Shown here piece by piece: positions 35,907 to 44,920 of a stretch of DNA of 61,598 nt (positions are counted from its first letter, which is position 1; every line of letters begins with the position of its first letter). Source of the stretch: Candidatus Udaeobacter sp. (GTDB taxonomy: Bacteria; Verrucomicrobiota; Verrucomicrobiia; Chthoniobacterales; UBA10450); contig JBJMXF010000108.1 of NCBI GenBank assembly GCA_045809725.1, forward strand, positions 1-61,598. The letters are read 5' to 3'. Position numbers and translations under genes: made by a program. The notes below the pieces were generated by a model, which was given only the letters and a program-made list of their open reading frames with translations, ran no database searches and was not told the DNA's origin.

Positions 35907-36548
35907 CTACGCGGAGAAGTAAAACGCGCACTCGTAAAGCCCGGAGTTGCGATTCACTTCGCGGCGAACACGCGTGCCTAACACGGCCTCGAACATGTCC
36001 TGCTCGAAGCGGCCTACGATCGGATACTGCTCCACCACGTTGAGAAGGGGAGAATGACACTCGAGAATTTGGGGGCCGCCGTCTTTCTCATTGTTCAGGA
36101 ACTCAGACATATAGCCTTCGGCATCCCGCACGCTCGCAAGCCATTTCGCGCGTTCTAAAACGGTCTCTCCCTTCGCCTTGGTTTTCAACGCCATGGTCTT
36201 CTTCTTGAAAATGCTGTAAAGCAACTTCTCCGGTGCGTTCGGTCCGTAGATCTCTTCGGCTGATTTCAATAGTTCGAGCGTGAACTGATGGCTGTCAGCA
36301 TGAAAAAGGTCGTGCGTGCGGCGCGTCAAGCGATAAACCATCTCAGGTCGGCCCATTTTTTGCGGCCGCCGCCACGTATCCAGATAGCCGTCGCGATGCA
36401 GTGTGATGCAATGCTGTTTGATGCCCATATAGCTCATGCCCATTTTCTCCACGAGCTCATTGACAGACAAGCCCTTGGTGCGCTTGAGGGAGTTAATAAT
36501 GTCAAGCCGTTGGGTGCGGCCAATTTCCGAAATTAAGCGTTGATTCAT
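35907..36548 (-). CDS. Winged-helix transcriptional regulator (ArsR/COG2345, SufR-like architecture)
   Basis: N-terminal RLDIINSLKRTKGLSVNELVEKMGMSYMGIKQHCITLHRDGYL (wHTH) plus a C-terminal domain of about 130 aa. The full SufR Cys motif is not seen. Confidence 0.7.
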   Translation of the reverse strand: MNQRLISEIGRTQRLDIINSLKRTKGLSVNELVEKMGMSYMGIKQHCITLHRDGYLDTWRRPQKMGRPEMVYRLTRRTHDLFHADSHQFTLELLKSAEEIYGPNAPEKLLYSIFKKKTMALKTKAKGETVLERAKWLASVRDAEGYMSEFLNNEKDGGPQILECHSPLLNVVEQYPIVGRFEQDMFEAVLGTRVRREVNRNSGLYECAFYFSA

Positions 36549-36753
36549 ATAGCTGAAACGTTTGGAGAAGAACGAAAGTGCCGGACTTTACACGCCGCAA
36601 TCTTTAATACGCAAGCGTAAAGTTTACACAACTGTCGGTCGTGAAAGAAATTACAAAACAATTGTCCTGTGAGGACCCGGCGCAAAAGGGCAGCTACAGC
36701 AACAGCGAAATCTTTTTTGCCAGGAATTCAGGCTGGTCGGAATTGGCAACCGC

Positions 36754-37959
36754 TCACGAATAGAGGTACTCGTCGTGATACTCGCGTTGCGGCGCGAACT
36801 GCAGATTCTCGTTGCCGGTTTCCGGGTACTCGAAGATTTTCCCCTCATAATTCCGGATCACGATTTTTTCGTTGTCGTGATACAGAATGTAACCGGGATT
36901 AATCGGCACTTTGCCACCGCCGCCAGGGGCGTCGATGACGAATTGAGGCACGGCATAACCAGTGGTATGGCCGCGTAGCGCCTCAATGATGTCGAGGCCT
37001 TTGGCGACCGACGTGCGCAGATGTGAGGAGCCATTGATCAGGTCGCACTGGTAAACGTAATACGGGCGGACACGGCACATCAGCAGCTTATGCACGAGAG
37101 TCTTCATAGTCTCGACGTCATCGTTCACACCTGCCAATAGCACACTCTGGTTGCCCAAAGGAATGCCCGCGTTAGCGAGACGTTCCAACGCCTGTTTTAC
37201 CTCGATGGTGAGTTCGCGCGGATGATTCACGTGTACGCTCATCCAGAGCGGATGATATTTCGCCAGCATTGCGCACAATTCAGGCGTGATTCGTTGGGGC
37301 AGGAAAATCGGCACCCGCGTACCAATCCGTAGGAATTCGATGTGCTTGATTGTGCGCAACCGCGATAAGAGCTTCTCGAGCCTTTCATCGCTGAAAATCA
37401 ACGCGTCACCACCACTCAGAAGCACATCGCGTACTTCGGTGTGTGCTTCCAGATAACGGAACGCCTCCTCGAAATCGGTGTGAAATTCCTGTTCGCCAAC
37501 TCCACTAACTACTCGACTCCGCGTGCAATAACGGCAGTAACTCGCACAACGATCAGTGACCAGGAACAACACGCGATCGGGATATCGATGCACCAGACCG
37601 GGCACAGGCATATGCGAATCTTCGCCGCAAGGGTCAGCCATATCGTACGGCGACTCCCACGTTTCCTCGATTCGTGGAATGACCTGACGCCTGATCGGGT
37701 CACCAGGGTCATTTGCGGACAGCAGGTTAAAAAAATGTGGCGTAACAGCCAGTGCAAGTTTGTCGCCGGACAGCAAAACGCCGCTGCGTTCCTCGACGCT
37801 TAACTTTAGATGTTTCTCGAGTTGCGCGAGCGTGGTAACTCTGTTTTTGAGCTGCCACTTCCAATCGTTCCAGAGTTCCGGGGCGGTGTCCGGCCAATAA
37901 CCCGGCGCGTGTGAAACGAAGGCTTTTCCGTCCCCATTTTCAGAGGCAAAAGTATTCAT
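36754..37959 (-). CDS. kamA: Lysine 2,3-aminomutase (KamA-family radical SAM enzyme)
   Basis: WNDWKWQLKNRV, the radical-SAM motif CASYCRYCTRS, and VIDAPGGGGKVPI. The length and N-terminus match KamA when started at the ATG at 37959; the track start at 38064 is TTG. Confidence 0.92.
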   Translation of the reverse strand: MNTFASENGDGKAFVSHAPGYWPDTAPELWNDWKWQLKNRVTTLAQLEKHLKLSVEERSGVLLSGDKLALAVTPHFFNLLSANDPGDPIRRQVIPRIEETWESPYDMADPCGEDSHMPVPGLVHRYPDRVLFLVTDRCASYCRYCTRSRVVSGVGEQEFHTDFEEAFRYLEAHTEVRDVLLSGGDALIFSDERLEKLLSRLRTIKHIEFLRIGTRVPIFLPQRITPELCAMLAKYHPLWMSVHVNHPRELTIEVKQALERLANAGIPLGNQSVLLAGVNDDVETMKTLVHKLLMCRVRPYYVYQCDLINGSSHLRTSVAKGLDIIEALRGHTTGYAVPQFVIDAPGGGGKVPINPGYILYHDNEKIVIRNYEGKIFEYPETGNENLQFAPQREYHDEYLYS

Positions 37960-38384
37960 TTTGTGGTGGACGAAAAAGTTAAGACCCTTAAATATCGTGT
38001 CAATACAGGCACTTGGCTGTGCGCTACGCACGCGAATGAACCTCGCTGGGGCGCTGTAACGCAAACGTCTTCAACTCGTTCACCGCAGACCATTTCTCGG
38101 TCAACTTTCTTTGCCGCTTGCAGCAGGAATGAGTCCTGTTCATGCGTCGTGAGTAACGACAATCCGACTGGTACCCCCGCGACGTCGCGTATCGGGAGCG
38201 ATACTTGCGTCGGCACAATGTGCGAGGGTAGTAGTCGGTCCCACTCGAACTGCGCCGCCTTTGGCAGGAGCGAGCGCGGGTGAGGTTGGATGCAAAGCAA
38301 ATCGTCGGGTCCGAGAAATTCGTGCAGCTTTGAAAATATTCTTCGCGTCGTTGCACCGCCTCCGCGACGCGATGCCGATCGCAA
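37956..38384 (-). CDS. Hypothetical protein (TTG start), or alternatively a non-coding leader of kamA
   Basis: 142-codon ORF whose TGA overlaps the kamA ATG (ATGA). I recognised no family. There is no ATG near the 5-prime end, and the region is also rich in local hairpins. Confidence 0.3.
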   Translation of the reverse strand: MRSASRRGGGATTRRIFSKLHEFLGPDDLLCIQPHPRSLLPKAAQFEWDRLLPSHIVPTQVSLPIRDVAGVPVGLSLLTTHEQDSFLLQAAKKVDREMVCGERVEDVCVTAPQRGSFACVAHSQVPVLTRYLRVLTFSSTTK

Positions 38385-38440
38385 CGCAGCAATCCGCGAT
38401 CACTCGTCAAGCAACGACGAGTTTTTCTGGTGTCGAAAAG

Positions 38441-38460
38441 AAAAAACGGCTAGAAGCCGT
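38441..38460 (-). terminator. Intrinsic-terminator-like hairpin after the VOC gene
   Basis: The minus-sense RNA ACGGC-UUCUA-GCCGU is followed by UUUUUUCUUUUC. The stem is short (5 bp). Confidence 0.5.
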
Positions 38461-38861
38461 CACTCCTTGGCTCCGTATTTTCCGCTGAGCACGCTTAGCT
38501 CCCAGCGATACCCGTCTGGATCATGAAACCACAAGCCCATGTTTTTCGAGCCCGGCGCCTCCGGACCGATTTCGTCACCCGGATCTTCAATATCGACGCG
38601 GAGCTTCTTCAAATGAGCGAGCGCCTTTCGCAGCGTCGTCATGTTGGGTAGGTGAAATGACATATGATCAATCGTTTCCGGCGACGGCTTTCCTTTAAAC
38701 AACGCGATCGTGACGCTGTCGTTTCCCACCGCCACTCCATTTTCGAATTCGAATTCTTTCCGCAACCCCAAAGCGTGCTCGAACCACTTCGCCGTCTTTT
38801 TCGGGTCGCGCACAGCAAGGCCAAAGTGGCCGACTTCTCTAAGCGTAAATGGAACCTTCAT
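38460..38861 (-). CDS. VOC (glyoxalase/bleomycin resistance/dioxygenase) family protein
   Basis: 133 aa. VGHFGLAVRDPKKTAKWFEHALGL ... IDHMSFHL ... WFHDPDGYRWEL is the typical VOC-fold pattern. Confidence 0.8.
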   Translation of the reverse strand: MKVPFTLREVGHFGLAVRDPKKTAKWFEHALGLRKEFEFENGVAVGNDSVTIALFKGKPSPETIDHMSFHLPNMTTLRKALAHLKKLRVDIEDPGDEIGPEAPGSKNMGLWFHDPDGYRWELSVLSGKYGAKE

Positions 38862-38887
38862 TGGGGATGCGGAGTTTGGTGGCCCTA

Positions 38888-39160
38888 TTACCGCCTGGAA
38901 CGATTTCGAGAAATGAGCAGTTCCATGAACCGCAGGTTGAAATCCTCCAAGGCGTGACGCGGTGTGTTACCTAGACCGCTGGAGGCTCGTCGCAGCTTAG
39001 GCCCGACATAGGCAAGCCACACGTTGCCAACCACTCCAAGCTTGGGACGCAACTGTGCTGCCGGACTCCGTGGATCCATCTCTAGAAAATCTTCCACGTC
39101 GCCTTTTAGGGCTGGCGGCAGTTCTTCGATTTGGAGAGAGCGCACACTTAGAAAACGCAC
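38888..39160 (-). CDS. Hypothetical protein
   Basis: 90-codon ORF with a GTG start, lying between the thiolase and VOC genes on the same strand. I recognised no family, and it uses several rare-looking CTA codons. Confidence 0.3.
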   Translation of the reverse strand: MRFLSVRSLQIEELPPALKGDVEDFLEMDPRSPAAQLRPKLGVVGNVWLAYVGPKLRRASSGLGNTPRHALEDFNLRFMELLISRNRSRR

Positions 39161-39261
39161 GCCTAAGGGTCTTGGATTGGCAAAACTATGCGAGGCGGAT
39201 GCGAACAGTAAGCCAACGCTGGCGTTTCACAGAACGCCTACAATGATCGATCATATTATAG

Positions 39262-39280
39262 GGCGTCTGTGTCAGACGCC
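39262..39280 (-). terminator. Hairpin downstream of the thiolase gene
   Basis: The minus-sense RNA GGCGUCUG-ACA-CAGACGCC (perfect 8-bp stem) is followed by CUAUAAUAU. It begins 17 nt after the thiolase stop. Confidence 0.5.
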
Positions 39281-39296
39281 TCATGCTGCAGCGCGA

Positions 39297-40526
39297 TTAG
39301 CTCCGGCCCCAAACCATCGCGACCGAAGTCGTTAGGCTACCGCCCATATTGAACGTAAGGAATCGCTTCGCGTTTTCGATCTGGCGCGCGCCGGCCTGTT
39401 CGGTCAACTGTTGATAGGCTTCGAACACCTGCCGAACACCAGTCGCGCCTACAGGATGACCGTCACCAATGAGACCGCCACCCGCGTTCACTGGGATTTG
39501 GAACGGCGCGTTGGATTTTTCTGGACGCACCTGCGGCAGCGTCGTCGCGCCGCTTTTCAGAAGGTCGACGCCCTTGCCAGGTTCGGCCAGTCCGAGGATC
39601 TCGTAGGCGACAATTTCTGTAATCGAAAAACAATCGTGAACATCGGCGCCATGAAGATCGCGCGGCGTCAGGTTCGCCATTCGGAAAGCTTTCTCCGCAG
39701 CTTTGCGTGCGATCGAAAACGTTGGCGCATCTTTTTTGTCGAGCGGCAGATAATCAGTCGTGTGACCGTAGCCAAACAGCCGGGCAGTTTTGTTTTTGTC
39801 ACGACCGATTTTGTCGAGATATTTTCCAGAAACGAGGACAACTGATGCCGCGCCATCGGTGATCTGTGAACAATCCGAGACTTTAAGTGGCGGCGCTACG
39901 TGTGGATTCTTATCCGAAACTTGCGATGCATAATCGAGAGTGAGATCGGCGTCACGCATTTGCGCGAACGGATTCAGTTTCGCGTGGGCGTAATTTTTCC
40001 ACGCCACAAGTGCCAGATCCGCTTCGGTAGCGCCGTATTTTTCGACGTACATCTGCGCGATGCGCCCGAACAACTTCGGGAACATAAAATCGCCGTACTC
40101 AGGCTTTTCATTGTGATAATCGGCAGCCGCACCGAGCACATCAGAACCATCTAGCGCTGACATGGTTTTCTGCTGTTCCGCGCCGACGACCAGCACAACA
40201 TCATAAAACCCGCCGATGATCCATTCCGCGCCTAACAACACCGACAGCGCGCCTGACGCACAGGCCGCTTCGGTATGCATTGTGGGAATGCCGCGCAATT
40301 TCGGATCGATCTCGGGAATAAATGCACCGAGCTGCAATTGTTTCGTGAACTGGCCCGCATTGAAATTGCCAACCGCACCTGCCTGAATTTCGCCGGGATC
40401 GATCTTCGCATCATCGATCGCTTTTTTACCGGCCTCGACAATAACGTGCCGGATCGTTTTTCCTTCCTTCTTCAGATTGCGCTTAAAATCCGTGCGCCCG
40501 CCGCCGAGAATGTAAACAGACTCCAT
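39297..40526 (-). CDS. Thiolase-fold protein (SCP-x / lipid-transfer-protein-type acetyl-CoA acyltransferase)
   Basis: 409 aa. Active-site context HTEAACASGALS, with C-terminal GDGHPVGATGVRQ and NMGGS blocks. Confidence 0.88.
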   Translation of the reverse strand: MESVYILGGGRTDFKRNLKKEGKTIRHVIVEAGKKAIDDAKIDPGEIQAGAVGNFNAGQFTKQLQLGAFIPEIDPKLRGIPTMHTEAACASGALSVLLGAEWIIGGFYDVVLVVGAEQQKTMSALDGSDVLGAAADYHNEKPEYGDFMFPKLFGRIAQMYVEKYGATEADLALVAWKNYAHAKLNPFAQMRDADLTLDYASQVSDKNPHVAPPLKVSDCSQITDGAASVVLVSGKYLDKIGRDKNKTARLFGYGHTTDYLPLDKKDAPTFSIARKAAEKAFRMANLTPRDLHGADVHDCFSITEIVAYEILGLAEPGKGVDLLKSGATTLPQVRPEKSNAPFQIPVNAGGGLIGDGHPVGATGVRQVFEAYQQLTEQAGARQIENAKRFLTFNMGGSLTTSVAMVWGRS

Positions 40527-40538
40527 AAATTTCCTTGT

Positions 40539-40778
40539 CTAAGTTAAGTTGCCTTCTCCTGCCGATTCGTGTCGGCTTGGACATCCACAACCACTGATCA
40601 GAAGCCCGGGTAAAATGCACTCTAATCCTTGATCGGTGTAGATACTGACGCGAGATCGATTCGGCCAAACGTGAGCATGATCACGGGTCGGTACCCCAAA
40701 CTCGCGTCCGTCAGCTACATGAATTGTAAATGGGACGAAGGGCCTCGAATCCAACCGTTCTCGCACGTCAACAATCAC
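40539..40778 (-). CDS. Small hypothetical protein
   Basis: 79 aa. The pattern RPFVPFTIHVADGREFGVPTRDHAHV...VSIYTD...ILPGLLISG resembles small conserved proteins of unknown function seen in several phyla. It lies between the acyl-CoA dehydrogenase and thiolase genes on the same strand. Confidence 0.45.
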   Translation of the reverse strand: MIVDVRERLDSRPFVPFTIHVADGREFGVPTRDHAHVWPNRSRVSIYTDQGLECILPGLLISGCGCPSRHESAGEGNLT

Positions 40779-40807
40779 TCTGGAAATTTACTTAATTTCC
40801 TTTGGTT

Positions 40808-40839
40808 GTCATCCCGAGCAATCGAGGGCACCTCGCGTC
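40808..40839. repeat. Solo arm of family A element
   Basis: GTCATCCCGAGCAATCGAGGGCACCTCGCGTC matches the family A arm (compare GTCATCCCGAGCCGAAGTCGAGGGATCCCG, the reverse complement of 44891-44920). No partner arm lies nearby. Confidence 0.6.
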
Positions 40840-40867
40840 ATAACCTTGGCCTTACGATCGAACTAGT

Positions 40868-42031
40868 TCAGCCGCCAAAAGCATTCAAGCCCGTTAGATC
40901 GCGCCCGATAATCAAGGTGTGAATATCGTGTGTGCCTTCGTAGGTGAAGACGCTCTCCAGATTCATAAGGTGCCGAATCACCGAATATTGGTCCGTGATG
41001 CCTGCAGCGCCAAGAATGTCCCGCGCTTTGCGGGCACATTCCAGCGCCATCCAGACATTATTGCGTTTGGCCATCGAGATTTGCGCAGGTCGCGATGTGT
41101 CTGCTTCCATCATGCGAGTAAGACGGAGTGCCAATAACTGCGCCTTGGTGATTTCCTGCGCCATCCAGACAAGTTTCTGTTGCACGAGTTGGAAGCTGCC
41201 AATCGGGCGGCTGAATTGTTCGCGCGATTTCGCATAAGCCACAGCGGTTTCGTAGCAATCAATCGCCGCGCCAATGACGCCCCACGCGATACCTACACGC
41301 GCGTAGGATAAACATGATAACGGCGCACTGAGCCCGCGAGCGTTCGGCAGGCGGTTTTCCGCCGGAATCCGGCAATCTTCGAACCAACACTCTGACGTCC
41401 GTGACATTCGCAGGCTGAACTTCCCCTCGAGGTCGCGTGCGCGAAATCCAGGCGCGTCTTTTTCCACCACAAAACCGCCCACGTGGCCGTCGTCATCCTT
41501 CGCCCAAACAACTTTGACGTCAGCGATCGAAGCGTTGCCGATCCAGCATTTGCTGCCGTTCAAAATGTAATGATCGCCGTCGCGTGTGGCGTGCGTTTCC
41601 ATTCCGCCGGGGTCTGAACCGTGTCCATGCTCCGTCAAAGCAAAGCAACCCACGCGCTCGCCCGAAACCAACCCGGGCAACCATCGCGCGTGTTGCTCTG
41701 GCGAGCCGAATGAATGGATGGCCTGAATTGCCAGCGCGCCCTGCACCGACGCCAGCGAACGCACGCCGGAGTCGGCGCGTTCCAGTTCCTGCATGATCAG
41801 GCCATACGCCGTGTAGCTTACGCCTGCGCATCCGTGCCCTTTGAGATATGGCGCATAAAAGCGCAGCCCGCCCATGCGCGGGATCAGATGGTTCGGAAAT
41901 TTTGCGGCACGATGGCAGGGAACGACCTCTGACAAAACTTCTTTTTGCACAAACTGCGCTGCTCGATCGCGGATCGCGCGCTCTTCGTCGGTCAGAAGTT
42001 CTTCGATTTTGTAGTAATCGAGCGAATTCAT
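40868..42031 (-). CDS. Acyl-CoA dehydrogenase (glutaryl-CoA dehydrogenase-like)
   Basis: LTDEERAIRD N-terminus, CFALTEHGHGSDPGGMET, and the C-terminal YEGTHDIHTLIIGR. The ATG at 42031 is preferred; the longer track ORF would overlap the divergent gene. Confidence 0.9.
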   Translation of the reverse strand: MNSLDYYKIEELLTDEERAIRDRAAQFVQKEVLSEVVPCHRAAKFPNHLIPRMGGLRFYAPYLKGHGCAGVSYTAYGLIMQELERADSGVRSLASVQGALAIQAIHSFGSPEQHARWLPGLVSGERVGCFALTEHGHGSDPGGMETHATRDGDHYILNGSKCWIGNASIADVKVVWAKDDDGHVGGFVVEKDAPGFRARDLEGKFSLRMSRTSECWFEDCRIPAENRLPNARGLSAPLSCLSYARVGIAWGVIGAAIDCYETAVAYAKSREQFSRPIGSFQLVQQKLVWMAQEITKAQLLALRLTRMMEADTSRPAQISMAKRNNVWMALECARKARDILGAAGITDQYSVIRHLMNLESVFTYEGTHDIHTLIIGRDLTGLNAFGG

Positions 42032-42145
42032 ATCGTGCGACGTGCCTAATGCGCGCCAGTCTAGCGGTACCGCCAGGCAAACACAACGAACGGCGCGATC
42101 CGTTGGAAAAGCCGCTCCACGATCTTTACGAAGCCAGGCGGTAGC

Positions 42146-43312
42146 ATGATTGTGGCTGCTGTGGCTTTCACATTTCATCTTTCACTTTTGCCGAAGTTCC
42201 TTTGCGCGATTGTGGCGGCGCCCCTGCTATGCGTTGCGGCTGAAAACGCTGCTCATCAGCACGATCCAGAGGCCAGTCCTTCCGCCGGAGCATTTGATGC
42301 TCATGCTGCCGAGCGTTTCGCAAAACTGGCGCTGCAGTGCGTCCATAAGGAATACCCGAACAAGATCAGCCACGTTCTGAACAGCGACACCGATGTCGCG
42401 CCGCCACGCAAACTGACACCGGCTTTTTGCGGCTGTTACGATTGGCACTCGTCGGTGCACGGACACTGGCTGCTGGTACGGCTGTTGCGGACATTTCCAG
42501 ATGCGCCATTCGCAAAAGGCGCGCGCGAAGCTTTAAACGAAAGTCTCACCGCGCAAAATCTGAAGACTGAAGCGACGTATCTACGAGCAGAGGGCCGCGC
42601 GAGTTTCGAACGGCCGTACGGATTAGCATGGCTATTGCAACTCTGCGCCGAGCTGCGCGAATGGGACGATCCGCAAGCGCGAGAAATGTTGGCAAACCTG
42701 AAGCCGCTTGAGGATGCAGCGGTTGAGCGATTGAGTACGTGGCTACCGAAACTCTCGCACCCAATTCGCATCGGTGAGCACAATCAAACCGCGTTCGCGC
42801 TTGCGCTGCTTCTCGATTGTGCACGCGTCAAAAATGATGAGCGCCTCGCTAAACTGGCCGCTGATTCAGCGCGAAAATTTTATCTCGCCGATAAGAATTG
42901 TCCGCTTGCATACGAGCCGTCGGGTGAAGATTTTCTTTCGCCCTGCCTCGCCGAAGCTGACGTCATGCGTCGCGTGTTGACGCGGACAGATTTCGCGAAA
43001 TGGCTCGGCCAATTCCTGCCTCAAATTCCCAGAACTGCGACGGCGGATTGGTTGCAGGTCGCGATTTCACCGGATCCGAGCGATCCGAAGCTGGCGCATC
43101 TCGACGGATTAAATTTGAGTCGAGCGTGGATGCTGGAAGGTATTCTCTCTGCTCTTCCTGCTGATGATCCACGCCGTCCAGCGCTGACGACCGCTGCAGA
43201 AGCGCATCGACGCGCCGGGCTTGCAGCGGTGACCGGCGAACATTACGAGGGCGGCCATTGGCTCGGCAGCTTCGCGGTTTATCTCACGACGCAGCGCGGG
43301 ATTGAGAAATGA
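42146..43312 (+). CDS. DUF2891 family protein (secreted)
   Basis: Signal-like N-terminus. HKEYPNKISHVLNSDTD...FCGCYDWHSSVHGHWLLVRLLR is characteristic of DUF2891. Confidence 0.75.
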   Translation: MIVAAVAFTFHLSLLPKFLCAIVAAPLLCVAAENAAHQHDPEASPSAGAFDAHAAERFAKLALQCVHKEYPNKISHVLNSDTDVAPPRKLTPAFCGCYDWHSSVHGHWLLVRLLRTFPDAPFAKGAREALNESLTAQNLKTEATYLRAEGRASFERPYGLAWLLQLCAELREWDDPQAREMLANLKPLEDAAVERLSTWLPKLSHPIRIGEHNQTAFALALLLDCARVKNDERLAKLAADSARKFYLADKNCPLAYEPSGEDFLSPCLAEADVMRRVLTRTDFAKWLGQFLPQIPRTATADWLQVAISPDPSDPKLAHLDGLNLSRAWMLEGILSALPADDPRRPALTTAAEAHRRAGLAAVTGEHYEGGHWLGSFAVYLTTQRGIEK

Positions 43313-43346
43313 CGAGCGACCGTGTCGCGCGACGACGGCGCGTTTG

Positions 43347-44180
43347 TTACAGGTCGGCGGTCAGTTTTGATTCCAGGCGAGGCGCTCCGCCCGAAGGATT
43401 CCAAGCCCGTCGCTGCCAGAAATCTGCAAGATCATTTCGGCTGCCGCGAAAAATGTTGAGCTCTGCTTTTCTAATATTCGCAATGCCTATTGGGTACGAA
43501 GAACGCGGAAGGTTGCATTTACCGTCGCCGCAATATTGCCACATAGCCCAGTAATTCCACGGCGCCGTTGCACGCGGCTCTTTCGAATAATTTGCAACCC
43601 AGAGCCAGCAATTGGTGAGTGTTTGCTTCTGTGCAGGAGTTACTCGCGCACTATTCAAAACCTGCGCGAGATGGTATTCGCCCGAATAAATCCCGGGATA
43701 TACACCAGTGCGTGAGCGAATGCGTTCGACAAAGGCCACGGCCTGGTCGGCGCGCATCGTTCCCCCGGGATAATGACCATTCTTTTCGAAATCGAGTACG
43801 AGCAGGACACCTGAGCTAGGTCGCAACGCGGGATTGGCTTGTGCCCAGGCACCCGAGACGACACTCAAAAAATGATCAGCCTGCCGAATTGGATCGCTTC
43901 CGTTGCCGTAGTGATATGCTCCCCAGAGAAGTCCCGCCTGTAGCGCGCCCATTTGGCGATCCAAGTATTTTGGGTCACGAACGAATGGCGGATACGTCGC
44001 TTCGTGAATTACACCCACGATGCCTTGACGTTTCATCGTGGCAAAATCCGGACGCATCATGTCGTAGTGAGAAAGATTCACCACGTTTGTTGCCGAAAAG
44101 GCGCCGGCCGGAATCAAAAACAGCAAAGCAGCGTTGCGGAAGATAGACGATTTCATCAGAGCCCAAATCGCGGCGAACAT
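43347..44180 (-). CDS. GH25-family muramidase (lysozyme)-like protein
   Basis: Signal peptide, then GIVGVIHEATY...LLWGAYHY...VLDFE, arranged as in GH25 enzymes. The start may instead be the ATG at 44156. Confidence 0.7.
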   Translation of the reverse strand: MFAAIWALMKSSIFRNAALLFLIPAGAFSATNVVNLSHYDMMRPDFATMKRQGIVGVIHEATYPPFVRDPKYLDRQMGALQAGLLWGAYHYGNGSDPIRQADHFLSVVSGAWAQANPALRPSSGVLLVLDFEKNGHYPGGTMRADQAVAFVERIRSRTGVYPGIYSGEYHLAQVLNSARVTPAQKQTLTNCWLWVANYSKEPRATAPWNYWAMWQYCGDGKCNLPRSSYPIGIANIRKAELNIFRGSRNDLADFWQRRAWNPSGGAPRLESKLTADL

Positions 44181-44251
44181 ATCGAACAGATGTGGTTGAG
44201 TTTCAAGTGTAGCCTTGCATTTTCTAAAAATTTTGGGTCAAACGCCCGAAC

Positions 44252-44872
44252 TCAACCGACTGTTGTCGTAGCATCTACGTCGGCCGTGTTATTCACGTTC
44301 CGAAAAAGTCGCCTGTCCTCTTTCGTCACAGACGTTTCCCGCAGTTTTCCAGACGTTACCAGTTGACGAACAATGTTCTGCAATGAGAAATCCTTGCCGG
44401 CGAGCGCAGTGCGACAATCAATCTCTGCTTCGCGCGGATACACGGCCGCCAGCGGCTCCGCACGATTGTGGATGTTTGCGATAACACCGCGGCCGGGCTC
44501 GATCGTATCGCAAATTGAGCGAAGGTAATTTTCGGTCATGAAAGGCATATCGATCGCGAGCGCAAGAAGATGGCTGGTGCGAATGTTCGCCAGCGAAGCG
44601 GCAATCCCGCTAAGCGGGCCGCGTGATGGGTGAACGTCCTCGATGAAATGCACATCGCGAGGCCGCCATGATGGATCCGTTCTTGCCGAAAGAAGAATTT
44701 GCGCTGGTCGCAGGCTGCGCAGAGTTGCCAGTTGAATCTGCCAGAGCGGTTTTCCGCGAAAAGGAAATGTGGCTTTGTCCGTGCCCATGCGACGCGATTC
44801 GCCGCCCGCAAAAAGCACCGCTGTAATGTCATTCTGAGCGGAGCGAAGCGGAGTCGAGGAATCCCGTCGCAT
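44252..44872 (-). CDS. mobA: Molybdenum cofactor guanylyltransferase MobA
   Basis: AVLFAGGESRRMGTDKA is the MobA N-terminal motif. The ATG at 44872 overlaps the MOSC stop by 1 nt (TGATG). The first about 15 codons are encoded by repeat A3. Confidence 0.85.
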   Translation of the reverse strand: MRRDSSTPLRSAQNDITAVLFAGGESRRMGTDKATFPFRGKPLWQIQLATLRSLRPAQILLSARTDPSWRPRDVHFIEDVHPSRGPLSGIAASLANIRTSHLLALAIDMPFMTENYLRSICDTIEPGRGVIANIHNRAEPLAAVYPREAEIDCRTALAGKDFSLQNIVRQLVTSGKLRETSVTKEDRRLFRNVNNTADVDATTTVG

Positions 44873-44920
44873 CACCTCACAGTAATTTCACGGGATCCCT
44901 CGACTTCGGCTCGGGATGAC
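44828..44920. repeat. Palindromic element, family A, embedded in the MOSC/mobA gene junction
   Basis: GTCATTCTGAGCGGAGCGAAGCGGAGTCGAGGAATCCC (44828-44865) is mirrored by CGGGATCCCTCGACTTCGGCTCGGGATGAC (44891-44920). Confidence 0.85.

Noticed and set aside
38888-39160. A possible HicB-like antitoxin (WLAYVGP....GLGNTPRHALEDF resembles the UPF0150 motif).
   Set aside because: The similarity is limited to a few residues, there is no partner toxin ORF, it has a GTG start and it uses rare codons. I left it as a low-confidence hypothetical.
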